DNA of 64,000 bases from the NCBI GenBank assembly GCA_030704615.1, contig CM060732.1:6882001-6946000 (forward strand), written 5' to 3'. Below the pieces are notes generated by a model, which had not been told where the DNA came from, ran no database searches, and saw nothing but the letters and a program-made list of their open reading frames with translations. Position numbers and translations under genes: made by a program. Within the stretch, counting starts at the first letter, position 1; the number at the start of each line of letters is the position of its first letter. Source of the DNA: Takakia lepidozioides (Eukaryota; Plantae; Bryophyta). This document shows, piece after piece, positions 48,705 through 60,493 of this stretch.

Positions 48705-49541
48705 TCACGTTGTCAATGGGACTTCGACTGCTCTCAGAACTAGCTCATGAGTCATGGGGCTCCTCCATGTAAAGTCGATTGCAGCCGTTGTACCGCCCCT
48801 AGTGATGTTCACCACAATGTCCTGCCCTTCAATCATACCACCATCGAATATGGAAATCTTCACGTTTTCGTCGTCCACACCAATGCGAATGTCCCCATAC
48901 AATGGAGAAGAGGAGCGCACTCCTTCAGGAGAATAGGTCTCTCCGATGGAGTCCACCCACGTCCAGTGGCAGCAGTTCCACCGCAACAGCATAGCAGTGC
49001 GCCTTCTTCTGCATGGGTGACCGTCGTAGCTGGGAAAATCGGAATCGAGGATGCGCAGGAGCCACGGACTCCTCAGACCAAGATCGTCACCCCGCTCGAA
49101 GGCGTAGTGGCCTAGGATATACTCAAAAGCCACCAATGTTTCCACAATCGAACCAGTATCTTCTGTGTAATCTGTGTACCAGATAACAATGTCTCCCGAT
49201 GTGGCCGAATACATTGCATAATCGATGCCTCCAAATGGGCAGTCGTCCCGGTTCCGGAAGCACGGCATCCTTGCAAAGGAGGACCTGAGGACGACTTGGA
49301 TGCAGATGACAATGACCTTGCGGACAGTTACGAAGCCCTTAGATTTTCGAAATGATGCGAAGCGGAAGAGCAGTCCGGCCTCCAATAATGGAGCATCTGG
49401 GTCCCACGTACCCACCGACGGAGGTGGAACGTGTTCATCACGCCGGCGGTGGATGAACCCATTCATCTTTCTCAAAAACAAGTTATAGTTTGAGATCTGC
49501 CACCGAAGTCCATCCCCCCGGATGGAAATTCGGCGCCGCAT
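48705..49541 (-). CDS. Orphan accessory protein (RWNCCxWT family), copy B'
   Basis: Near-identical to 34337-35113; start uncertain. Confidence 0.7.
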   Translation of the reverse strand: MRRRISIRGDGLRWQISNYNLFLRKMNGFIHRRRDEHVPPPSVGTWDPDAPLLEAGLLFRFASFRKSKGFVTVRKVIVICIQVVLRSSFARMPCFRNRDDCPFGGIDYAMYSATSGDIVIWYTDYTEDTGSIVETLVAFEYILGHYAFERGDDLGLRSPWLLRILDSDFPSYDGHPCRRRRTAMLLRWNCCHWTWVDSIGETYSPEGVRSSSPLYGDIRIGVDDENVKISIFDGGMIEGQDIVVNITRGGTTAAIDFTWRSPMTHELVLRAVEVPLTT

Positions 49542-52500
49542 TTACATCGAAGAGGGGATGGACTTCGTCGTGTCCAGTGGCTATCGGCCCACCTGGCAGT
49601 GAGTGCCCATAGTTTGCATGGCAGGGTAGGAAACTGAAACGGCTACATTCATGAAGCAGCCAATCTTCATCGGTCCAGGATCCTGTCGGAATTGGCCCAC
49701 TGTTTACAATTTGATGTCTCATTTCTACAATGTGTATGTCCGGATGAATATAGCAGAGTAACCGGTATGAGAGTCATGTGTCAAGAATATACCAGAGTAA
49801 CGCCATGTCGGACATTGAAATGCGGCACCGCATTTCCATGTCGGCATCGAAATGCGGTGCATCATTTCCGTTCAGGTACACGAAATACCAACACGGGTCT
49901 ATAAATTGGACAGACAACGAGGTTGGCATTGCAAATGCGGCGACGCATTTCCAGCTTGACAATGGAAACTTCTTTTTGGACAAGGGAATGCGGTGCCGCA
50001 TTTCCGTCCAACACTTCGAAAAGTGTGACATTTCCGACCAGCGCGATGGAATGCGTTACCGCATTTCCGTGAGAGGGTCGGCAAATGGACAAATTGCGAT
50101 GTCCATTCTGGAAATGCGGCGCCGCATTTCCATGTCCGTCATCGACTTTTTTTTTACAATGGAATGCGGTGCCAATTTTTGCTGATGGGCCTGCAGTTCG
50201 AACAACGACCATCCCCAATATGGAAATGCGGCACCGCATTTCCAATTCCGCCATCTCGACCTCCTTGTTCGACCTCTGTAAGCGTGGTGGCATCCATGCA
50301 ATGAGCGGGAGAGGCCAAAACTGGCGTGTGGACAAAGGAAATTTTGGAAATACGGCACCGCATTTCCAATCGGCCGATTACTTTTTACTATGCAAACATT
50401 GAAATGGAAAATTTAGTCCCTCCCCTGTTTTGGAAATGCGGTGCCGCATTTCCAAAAGAGGTTCTTAGAGTTGCCAAAATTTTGGAAATGCGGTGCCCCA
50501 TTTCTGATTTTGGGAGCGTCGTGGTTTGGGCGATTGTATGGCTGGAATGCACACTGGAGAGGGGTCACGAATGTCGGGCAGAATTTCCTTTATATACTCT
50601 GGAAGACAATTTACATCTACAGAGACTTCATTAAAATTCTATTAATCTTGAAAATCATCCGAATCCTCATCCTGTTCTAGACTGTCCTGCTCCGCCTCCA
50701 CCCCCTCAGTGCCTTTCTCATCTCCAGCGGACTGCTCGTTGGCCAAGCTTTCGAAAATCCCATCTTCCCCTTGCGGAACTGTCCATCTCACTTCCGTTGG
50801 GTCGTCTTCCTCCCTGTCTGCGTCGCTCTCATCCGCTGAATCACATATGTACTTTCGTACCCGTCTACCTGTCGCCAACTCTTTCCTTATCCTTCTGTCC
50901 TCCCTAGCCCTCTCCAAAATCTGCTCTACTTTACTGGGATTCTCACTTCTTCTAATCGCTGTATTTGCGAGTTTAGCTGCATAACTAGGAAGGGAGTAGT
51001 CCCTCACCGGGCTCGTCATGAAGTCGGCCCTCGCAAAGAACGGGACATTCTTCCTGGCAGGAAGTGTAGGCCCTACATGTTTCGACCCGGACCCTGCAAT
51101 CCTGCACATGACAATCATCAACGAGACTAATGAGAACCACAGTCGGGAAATTCGTTTGACAAAAATGACCCAGAAGGCTTTGCAAACTTACAATGTTTGC
51201 ACTCACTCGTATTCCGGGTTCTCCTCCGCATCAATGTCCACTGTGTCTTTCTCGGACTCCGACGAATCCGAGGAGACTACCGCTCTGTTGGGAGCCTTAA
51301 CATTCCGTTGCAGCCCTTCCAGATGGGATCCCCACACGGATGAATCCTCCTCGTAGGCAAAGAGGTGCCGGTCGGAAAACCGCCCAGCCCACATTGAGGC
51401 ACCTGTTACAATGCCATCCACACATTACAACATGGCGCTTCAGATGTTGCGAACTACATCCTAACGAGAATTTGCAGAACAACATAGATCAAGATTCTGC
51501 ATACCTGTCCCAGAGATGAGGTCGAGCACTGTGCCCTCCACGTCTGTGCATGTCTCCATAATTGTCTGAATGAAGGCAGGGCTCCGAGTCCGTGAGTACC
51601 GCAGGGGTTCCGTTGAAGTGAGGCTGTGAGGGAGAAGTTCCTTGGGAACGTTGTTGAACAGAACGTCGTAATCGAGGGGGTCGCAGTTCGGGTCAACCTT
51701 TCCTCCCTCCTTCCGGAAAGCAAAGGTGGAGTTCTCCTTCACAAAGCAGTATGCATCGAATTGCTTTGTCTGCATACACAGGGGGGAACGATTAGAAACC
51801 GAATGCGGCACCGCATTTGAAAACACCCAAGCAAATGAATGGACGAGTGCCAGTGTCGTAATCACCTTCTTCCCTTCCGACCGAAGGCCCAGTGTGTTGA
51901 TGCACGTCCACTTCTTTTTTAGAATCGGGACAGCGCTCTTGCGGGTCAACTTCGCAATTCCTGTCTGAGTGTTTTTTCCTGTGCTCGCCAGGACAACCAC
52001 ACAGCCTCTGTCGTCCAACACCATGCGGGCAAGCCCGAATCCTTTCTTCCAAAAGTCCTCCGAGTACCTGTTCCAAGATGGCAAAGCTTGCAGTCCTTCC
52101 ACAGGCTCTCCGTCCGGAATATCCAAGATGATCATATCGCAAGACCACTCGGTGGCATTTCCGCCCCTCCTACAATCCTTGTCTGCACACACCCTCTCAA
52201 AGAACGAGACCATATTCTGAAATCCTGGGGTGTCGGAAGGCTCTTCGGCAGTCGCCTTCTTCAGTGCTCTGCCCTTCAGACCCTCCATGGTCTTCATGTA
52301 TGCCAACTTGGCTGCCCGTCCATCCAAAGCCGCCAAGAAACTCTCATTTACACACTGGACTAATGTTTCGGGAGCCACTTTCGGCCTCTTCATTTCCACC
52401 GGCTCGAAAGGGTGCCCCCCTGGGGGGTTGAAGAGTGCCTTCTTTGCCGAGCCAGTTCTCGTGCCTCTCGTGACAACGGTGGGCATAGGGGAGGCAGCCT

Positions 52501-53522
52501 GCGTTTGGGGGGGTGGGCTGGTTGCAAAGTCTCCATCGGAGTCCTCTTCCTCACCCTCTTCCTGAACAGGCTGTTTCTGCTTCTTCGTTTTGGCGGGTGT
52601 CACAACAGCTGCTCCTTGCTGGCAAGTCCTCTTCTTCGACCCCTTCTGTTGGGCCTGCACAGCTGCATCCACCGTCTTTTGTGCCATCTCAGCTGCCTTT
52701 CTGGATTCTTCCAGAGCAGCAGATTCCTTTGCCGACTTTGGCCCAACATGGACACGTCTTTCCTTTCTCTTCTCTTCTGCCAAGGCGTGCAGATCTTTCT
52801 CAGACTCGTCAACAATACCGCCAGACATGTCCAGGTACCAGGGGCATCCAACGAGATGCGCGGGATGCCATTGTTTCTGCATCTCGGGTGTGTAGACACA
52901 GCTTGGGCCTGCCACGGTCCAAGCCATGAAGAACGGGGGCTCTTGAGCCAGGGCCCCTGTCTGAAGGAGCACGTATTTCATATACCTGCAAGGCAGTCAG
53001 CATGCGTGAGCAAAAGTTGAGACCAACCTACTCGCAGAGTGCCACCGAAAACATAAAATGCGAATGCGGTGCCGCATTTCCGAGACAAACCTCGTAACCA
53101 GGCTTCGCATACAAGGGCAGCTGTGCTTCACATGTAAACAATTCGCATTGCCGCTTTCCCCGCTCCCTCCTGATGTGTAAACTCCACGCTCCTTCTTGCT
53201 GTCTGTAGCTCTCTGGCAAAAATGTTGTCCTTGTACGCACATCTGAAACGTGTCACGTAGTCTTCCAATGTCTGTGTTCCATCCCATTTGACGTACAAGC
53301 CGAACGAATTTGTGTGCATTACGACTTGCTCCTTCGCATTCGACATTACCTGCGATTCCCAAATGCATTGTCACGTAGCAGTTCAGGGAGTTCATTTCAG
53401 AAAAGCAAATCTGGGGAAGTACCTTGAATTACCTGGAACCACCAAGTCATGCGGTTGAGCCACACATCCACTGCAGGGTCGGAAACTTCGAGTGGAAAAG
53501 ACCACATTGTCCTTATGCTCTC

Positions 53523-54246
53523 TGTCGCGGCCCTTTGCCTTGAGGGCAGGGGGTCGGGACACATGAGGGGCTGCCCCTGTGGTGGGGGCAGCGGCAGCGA
53601 TAGGTATGGGGGGCTGAAGCACCCTTGAGTGCCCAAGGCACTCAAGGAGGCGGAGGCGCTCACTAGGTGGAGCCCCGCACACCGGGTTGCGGTGGAGGTG
53701 GCTCCACAAGGGGTGGTGGTAGCTTAGTGGGACTTAGTGGGGGTGGCATAGGACTCACCATGGGGTGGAGACCTCGAGGTGGGAGTCGTGGGGAGTCTTG
53801 GGACTCATCACGGTCCATTGGGGCCGCGGTGAGTGGGCCAAGACTCACCGCGACTCACCACCGGGAGTCGAGGGTTTTCGTGGTGGTTCGCCATAAAATG
53901 GCATGGCTGGTTATGAAACCCCCGCGGACAGCTACAGAAGTATATATAGGGAGTAGTAACCCCGAGAACGGTGCAAGCCCGTTGGTGACCAAAAACTAGT
54001 GAGTAAGCGAGCGAGCCGGAAAGCGACCAAAGAGTGGGGAGCTGTTCCGGACTGCCATCTACCAAAGGGAATTCTCCTAGTCCCAAATAGGTGGAGGGTT
54101 TAGAGGGAAGCGGAAGGGGACCGTTATGTCCCGGTGAGCAGCCGAAACTCCAAGTTGGCCCGGCGGCCAGGTTGGGAGTCAGGCGCGCGCATCAAAGCGA
54201 GTAACTACGACTTGAAGGGGAGTTTACCGAAGTGAGGTGTGCGACA
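53523..54246 (+). repeat. 5' LTR (724 bp)
   Basis: TGTCGC..GCGACA; no differences from the 3' LTR noticed by eye; TATATATA at ~53941. Confidence 0.97.
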
Positions 54247-54248
54247 TT

Positions 54249-54260
54249 TGGTATCAGAGC
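54249..54260 (+). promoter_or_regulatory. Primer-binding site, tRNA-iMet
   Basis: TGGTATCAGAGC immediately after the 5' LTR. Confidence 0.95.
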
Positions 54261-54301
54261 TTAGAGTTCAGTACGCGATCGTCCTTGGGATTGGCCTCAT
54301 C

Positions 54302-57300
54302 ATGGGGTCGGGCAAGCCGAAGCGAAAGCGGAACGGCCCAAAAGATGATGACCCCGGTGAGCCCGATGGGGGCGACGTGTCACCGAGGCGGCCGTTTGAG
54401 GAAGCGATTAATGTTTCCGAAAACGAGGCCGCTCAGGAGCGGGAGGAATCCGAGGAGTCGGAGCCCGAGGAATCTTTGAGAGCTCCGACAAACCAAGAGA
54501 TGCCTCCCATGCCGGCAGCCTTTTGGGAAGGGTTGTTGGCGCAGTTTGGCGGGACGTTGAAAGACGTGTTGAAGGCGGCTAATGCCACTTCCACCAAGGC
54601 AAAGTTTAAGGTGAAGCCTAAGGAACCCGGCACCTTCGAGGGCGTTCGAAACCGGAAGGCACTCAACACCTGGCTCCTGGAGCTAGAGCAGTACTTCCGG
54701 GCGGCCAAGTTGAGTGACGAGGATCGGGTGGAAGTGGCTCCCACCTATTTGAGGGGCTATGCTCAACAATGGTGGCAGAAACGCCTTCACGACCGAGGCC
54801 CAAGCCCGGAAACCTTGAACTGGAGTGAGTTCAAGGAATTGATGAAGAGACAGTTTGTGCCCCTCAACGCATCCTGGCTTGCCCGGGACAAGATGAGGAA
54901 TTTGAAGCAAACAGATGACATTCGGGGGTATGTCCAGGCTTTCAATGTGCTGTTGCTCGAAGTCGCGGACATGGCAGAACCAGAAATGGTCTTCAACTTT
55001 GTGGCGGGACTGGCCCCATGGGCTAGGCGGAAGTTGGAGGAGAAGCCACCCAAGACTTTGAACGAGGCAATTGAGAGAGCTGAATGTTTCTCGGATGTCC
55101 CTAGGGGTGAGAGACAAGGCCGTACGGAGCTGAACCACAAGAAGACCCGGCGGGAAGGTGACTCCTCCCGACCGGAAAAGAAGTGGGATAGGCCACGCGG
55201 CGAAAATGGCACGTGGAAATCGAAGGGAGGTCCCTCACACGTCAAGGCGGCACCCGGTGCTTCGAAAGGAAAAGCGGGTGGAGCGACTTATGGCGGACAG
55301 AAGGCGACCTTTGATGGAGTGTGTTTCAATTGCGGGGAGCCCGGGCACATGGCCAAGAAGTGCACGAAGCCCCGGCAATTGAACATGACTCGGGCGACCA
55401 CGGAGCTGTCGGAAGATACCATCAGTCGCTTGGTGGAAGCGGTGGTCGCCAGGACTTGCAAGGTAGGCAAATTTTCTTGTGAGTTGTATCAGGAAACTGG
55501 CGCCTTACGAAAAGGGAGTCAGTTATTGTTCGTGGATGGGATAATATCCGGAACTAATGTGTCGTTGTTGGTGGACACAGGAGCGTCGCACTCCTTCATG
55601 ACGCCGGCGGCGGCGCGAAAGTTGGGACTCCCGACAAGTGACGTGGGGGCCTCTATTGAGGTGCGCTCTGCCAAAGGAGAACCTCAGTTGGCGACAAGGT
55701 TGGCGTTTGATGTTCCTCTTCAACTGGGGAGTTGGGAGGGACGTGAGAACTTCACTATCTGCGAGATCGATGGAGTGGATCTCATTTTGGGAATGACCTT
55801 TTTGAGCAAATCCGGAGCGGTCATAGATGGCCGCAAGAGAGTAGTCACGCTGCCATGTGGGAATGGTGGCGAGGTTTTACGAGTGTCGGAAACGCCCAAA
55901 TCCGTGGGAGGGCGAATAAACCTTCTATCAGCAAAGGAGTGGGCCGTGGAGGAGACACACGAGTCCCAGTTTTTGCTTTACATTAGAGAAGTGAAAGGAG
56001 AAGGCGATGGGGAGCCGAGCCCAGATTGGATCAAGGGGATTTTGGAGAAATACCAGGATGTGATGCCGGAGGATTTACCAAGCGGCTTGCCACCGCGAAG
56101 AGGAGTTGACCACAAAATTGAGGTGATACCGGGATCGGAACCGCCTGCCAAGGCGCCCTACCGGTTGAGCCACAAAGAGTTGGTCGAGCTGAAGACTCAG
56201 CTCAAAGATCTAATGTCAAAGGGGTACATCCGGCCGAGTAAGTCACCTTACGGAGCCCCGGTGCTATTTGCAGACAAGAAGGATGGGACGCTGCGGATGT
56301 GTGTCGATTACAGGGCTCTGAATAAGGTGACTATCAAAAACCGGTACCCTTTGCCAAGGATCGACGACCTCTTCGATCGGTTGGCAGGAGCGAAGTATTT
56401 CAGCCGGATCGACTTGCGCTCCGGCTATCACCAAATTCGGGTGGCGGAAGGAGATGAGGAGAAGACCGCGTGCAGGACAAGGTATGGTTCATATGAGTTC
56501 TTGGTGATGCCTTTTGGGCTCACCAATGCACCAGCGACATTTAGCACGCTGATGAACAGCCTTTTCCAGGAGTGGTTGGATGACTTTGTGATCGTGTACA
56601 TCGACGACATCTTGGTGTACTCGAAAACAAAGGAGGAGCACCTGGAGCACCTCAAAAGGGTGTTCCAAAAATTGCGAGAAGGGAAGCTGTATGCCAAAGC
56701 TTCAAAGTGCGAATTCGGGGTCACAAAAGTGGAGTTCTTGGGGCACGTGATTACACAGGATGGGATCAAAATGGATGACAGAAAGGTGAGGGCGATCTTG
56801 GACTGGGAGCCTCCGACTTCGGTCCCGGGAGTGCGATCCTTCCTAGGACTCGCCTCCTATTACCGGAAGTATGTGAGAAATTTCGCCAAGATGCGGGGCC
56901 GCTGTCGGACCTTCTGTGTAAATCCAAAGTCTGGGTATGGAACACATTTTGTGGCCAAGCTTTTGCTGAATTGAAGCAGCGGATGACGGAAGCTCCAGTC
57001 TTAAAAATCCCGGAGTTCGATCGTCCGTTTGAGATTCATACAGATGCATCGGACTTCGCAATTGGGGGTGTACTTATGCAAGATGGACGTCCAGTGGCTT
57101 ACGAAAGTAAGAAACTGAATGAAGTGGAGCGACGGTGGCCGACGCATGAAAAAGAGATGAAGGCGGTGGTACATTGCCTTGAACTCTGGCGCCACTATGT
57201 TGGTTCCAACCCAGTGAAGGTGTTCACGGACAATGTCACGGTGAAGTATTTTGCCACGCAGCCCAAGTTGTCCCCAAAACAACTTAGGTGGCAAGATACT

Positions 57301-58863
57301 TTGGCAGTGTTCGACGTGGATATCCAGTACAAACCGGGACGGGACAATGTGGTGGCCGATGCTTTAAGTAGAAAGCAGCAGCTCTTGTTGGTGTACAAGG
57401 GCGAGACGGCGCTCCAAAGGAAGATCCGGAAGGCTTGCCGGAAGGATGAGCTGGCAAAGTGCGTGATGCAGAACTTGAGAATGGGGGTTAAATCGCAGTT
57501 CCACTTGCAAAACGGACTGCTCCGGTATAAGCAAAAACGTCTCTATGTGCCAAAGGGAGGGATCAGGGATAGTCTCTTGAGAGAATGCCATGATAGCCCG
57601 CTTGCGGGCCACGGTGGAGCCAAGCGCACTGCGGCACTCTTGAAGAAAGAGTATTTCTGGCCCAAACTGAGGGAGGAGGCAGAGGAGTATGTAAAGACAT
57701 GCACCACATGCCAACAAAACCGGAGCGAGTATAAAAAGCAAGCGGGGCTGTTACAACCCTTGCCGATTCCAGAGGGGACTTGGGAAAGCGTCTCGATGGA
57801 TTTCATGACCACTATGCCGCTGTCAAAAGGATTCGATGCAATCATGGTGGTGGTAGATAGGTTCAGTAAAATGGCCCATTTCATCCCCACCAAGGAGACG
57901 GCAACTGCGCAGGAGACAGGGCGACTTTACTTCGCCCACGTCTTAAAGCATCATGGAGTCCCGAAGGATATTGTCTCGGACCGCGACCCAAAGTTTACGA
58001 GTAAATTCTGGAGAGCACTTTGGAAGAAGATGGGGACGAGGCTGAAGATGAGCACCGCCTTCCGACCTACGACGGACGGCCAAACGGAAAGAGTGAATTC
58101 CGTAGTGAAGCAATTCTTGCGGAATTACGTGTCGGCAGACCAATCAGACTGGATGGAACACTTAGACGCGGCAGAGTTCTGTTATAATAACACAGAACAC
58201 TCCGCGACGGGAGTTTCCCCTTTTGTGTTGGTCTATGGAAAAGCACCTCTGGTGCCGACAAGTTGGGCCGCCCAGGACGTTGAGGAACCGGCAGTAGCGG
58301 CGGTACTGGAAGAACGCGAGCGTTTGTTGAAGCTCGCAAAGTACAACATTGCCAAAGCTAGGAAACGGTATGAAAGGCAGGCGAATCGGAAGCGGAGGGA
58401 AGTGAAGTTTGAGGCAGGCACAGAGGTCTGGTTGAACATCAAGAATTTTCGACTACCTCCGGAAATGAGTCCGAAGTTCGTACCTCCGTATGCGGGTCCC
58501 TTTCGCATTCGGAGGGTTATGAATGAGGATGTGTATGAATTGGAGCTGCCAGCAAACAGCAAGGTGCACCCAGTATTCCATGTCTCCCTTTTGAAGCCTT
58601 ACTTCAAAGATGAAGCACGTCCGAATCGGCAGCAAGTGTTGCGTCCGCCACCTATGCTGTTGGATCATGAAAATGAACCCGAGTACGAGGTGGAGGCAAT
58701 ACTTAAGTCGAGGAGGTTCAAGAACCGAGAAACGGAGTATCTCGTCAAATGGAAGGGCTATCATCTTGTGGAGGCATCTTGGGTGCGTGCCTCAGAAATG
58801 GAAAACGCATCCGAGGCAGTTGCAGCGTTCGAAGGGCGACCTCAAAAGCGGAAGAAGCGTTGA
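54302..58863 (+). CDS. gag-pol polyprotein with C-terminal chromodomain (single frameshift at ~56892)
   Basis: [14 protein letters not shown]; LVDTGASH; YIDDILV; HTDASD; [12 protein letters not shown]; SMDF..SDRD..GQTE; GPF; [18 protein letters not shown]. Confidence 0.96.
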
Positions 58864-59769
58864 TGGGGACATCAACCTTGGAGCGTGGGGGAGGAAATGC
58901 ATGCTTAGCCCGGTTTAGCTAGCTCAGGAATCCGATTGCAAAAACTTGTATTGTACAAAAATTTGTGATAAAGGAAATGGGTTCCAAATATTGTGCGTCC
59001 TATTGTGTTTGGAATGGTGATGCATGGTGTGGTTGGCTGGTGTGTAGAATGCATGCTAGCTTACAAAAGTGGGAGAGGTAAATTGGGTTAATCGTGTGTT
59101 TGCGCAGTGCCGAAATCGGGTGACTCCCATCCAAGGGGCAAGGAAACTTGCGCCTTATTTGGGAGTTCAAGTGCTAGTGCGCACCTGGCGCGTGCGCGTA
59201 CTATAACTGCGCTACCGAGGGGGTTGCCTTGTAGTGCGGGCTAACGCGGAAGCTACGTGCTTCCGTTCACGTACTATAATCGTGTAGCCTCGGGACGAAG
59301 TCGTAGTGCGGCTTCGGCGTGTTCCCGTACCTCAGGCCAGCATTCCAAGGCGGACCCAATTGTAGTGATTGGGGCGCACGGTTGGTTCAAGGTTATCTTC
59401 CTAGTCAAAGAGGGTTCCAGGTGAACCCTTGCTCAAGCTGATGCCAAAAGCGGCATCATGAGCGATCGCAAGCAATGTTGTTGCAGTAAGGCGATTCGAT
59501 CCTCGGGGAGGATCGTTCCTTGGCCTTGAAGTAGGCCAAGAAGAGTGCACTGGGAGGAGCTGGAGAGGCTCCACCCTTGGCCGGGACTTGGAGGAAGTCG
59601 GCCGAACTAGCTAGTGGAGAGTGGAGTCAAGTGTGGGGTTTGGTTCTTTGCCATGGGACGCCATGGTACGGAAACAAACTCCTTGATGTGGGACGCCACA
59701 ACTTGGATGTTCGTTTCTACAAAATGGACAAGTCGATGAGGACATCGACTCCCTGTTGGTAGGGGTGTG

Positions 59770-60493
59770 TGTCGCGGCCCTTTGCCTTGAGGGCAGGGGG
59801 TCGGGACACATGAGGGGCTGCCCCTGTGGTGGGGGCAGCGGCAGCGATAGGTATGGGGGGCTGAAGCACCCTTGAGTGCCCAAGGCACTCAAGGAGGCGG
59901 AGGCGCTCACTAGGTGGAGCCCCGCACACCGGGTTGCGGTGGAGGTGGCTCCACAAGGGGTGGTGGTAGCTTAGTGGGACTTAGTGGGGGTGGCATAGGA
60001 CTCACCATGGGGTGGAGACCTCGAGGTGGGAGTCGTGGGGAGTCTTGGGACTCATCACGGTCCATTGGGGCCGCGGTGAGTGGGCCAAGACTCACCGCGA
60101 CTCACCACCGGGAGTCGAGGGTTTTCGTGGTGGTTCGCCATAAAATGGCATGGCTGGTTATGAAACCCCCGCGGACAGCTACAGAAGTATATATAGGGAG
60201 TAGTAACCCCGAGAACGGTGCAAGCCCGTTGGTGACCAAAAACTAGTGAGTAAGCGAGCGAGCCGGAAAGCGACCAAAGAGTGGGGAGCTGTTCCGGACT
60301 GCCATCTACCAAAGGGAATTCTCCTAGTCCCAAATAGGTGGAGGGTTTAGAGGGAAGCGGAAGGGGACCGTTATGTCCCGGTGAGCAGCCGAAACTCCAA
60401 GTTGGCCCGGCGGCCAGGTTGGGAGTCAGGCGCGCGCATCAAAGCGAGTAACTACGACTTGAAGGGGAGTTTACCGAAGTGAGGTGTGCGACA
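59770..60493 (+). repeat. 3' LTR (724 bp)
   Basis: Direct repeat of 53523-54246, preceded by a short purine tract GGTAGGGG. Confidence 0.97.

Larger units (their letters stand above)
53523..60493 (+). mobile_element. Full-length Ty3/gypsy chromovirus
   Basis: TG..CA LTRs; 5-bp TSD CTCTC (53518-53522, 60494-60498); empty site visible at 39181-39190; PBS; gag-pol with chromodomain. Confidence 0.98.

Noticed and set aside
56880-56975. Programmed frameshift in chromovirus pol
   Set aside because: It falls in the RT-RNase H connection rather than at the gag-pol boundary, has no slippery site and is explained by a 1-bp deletion.
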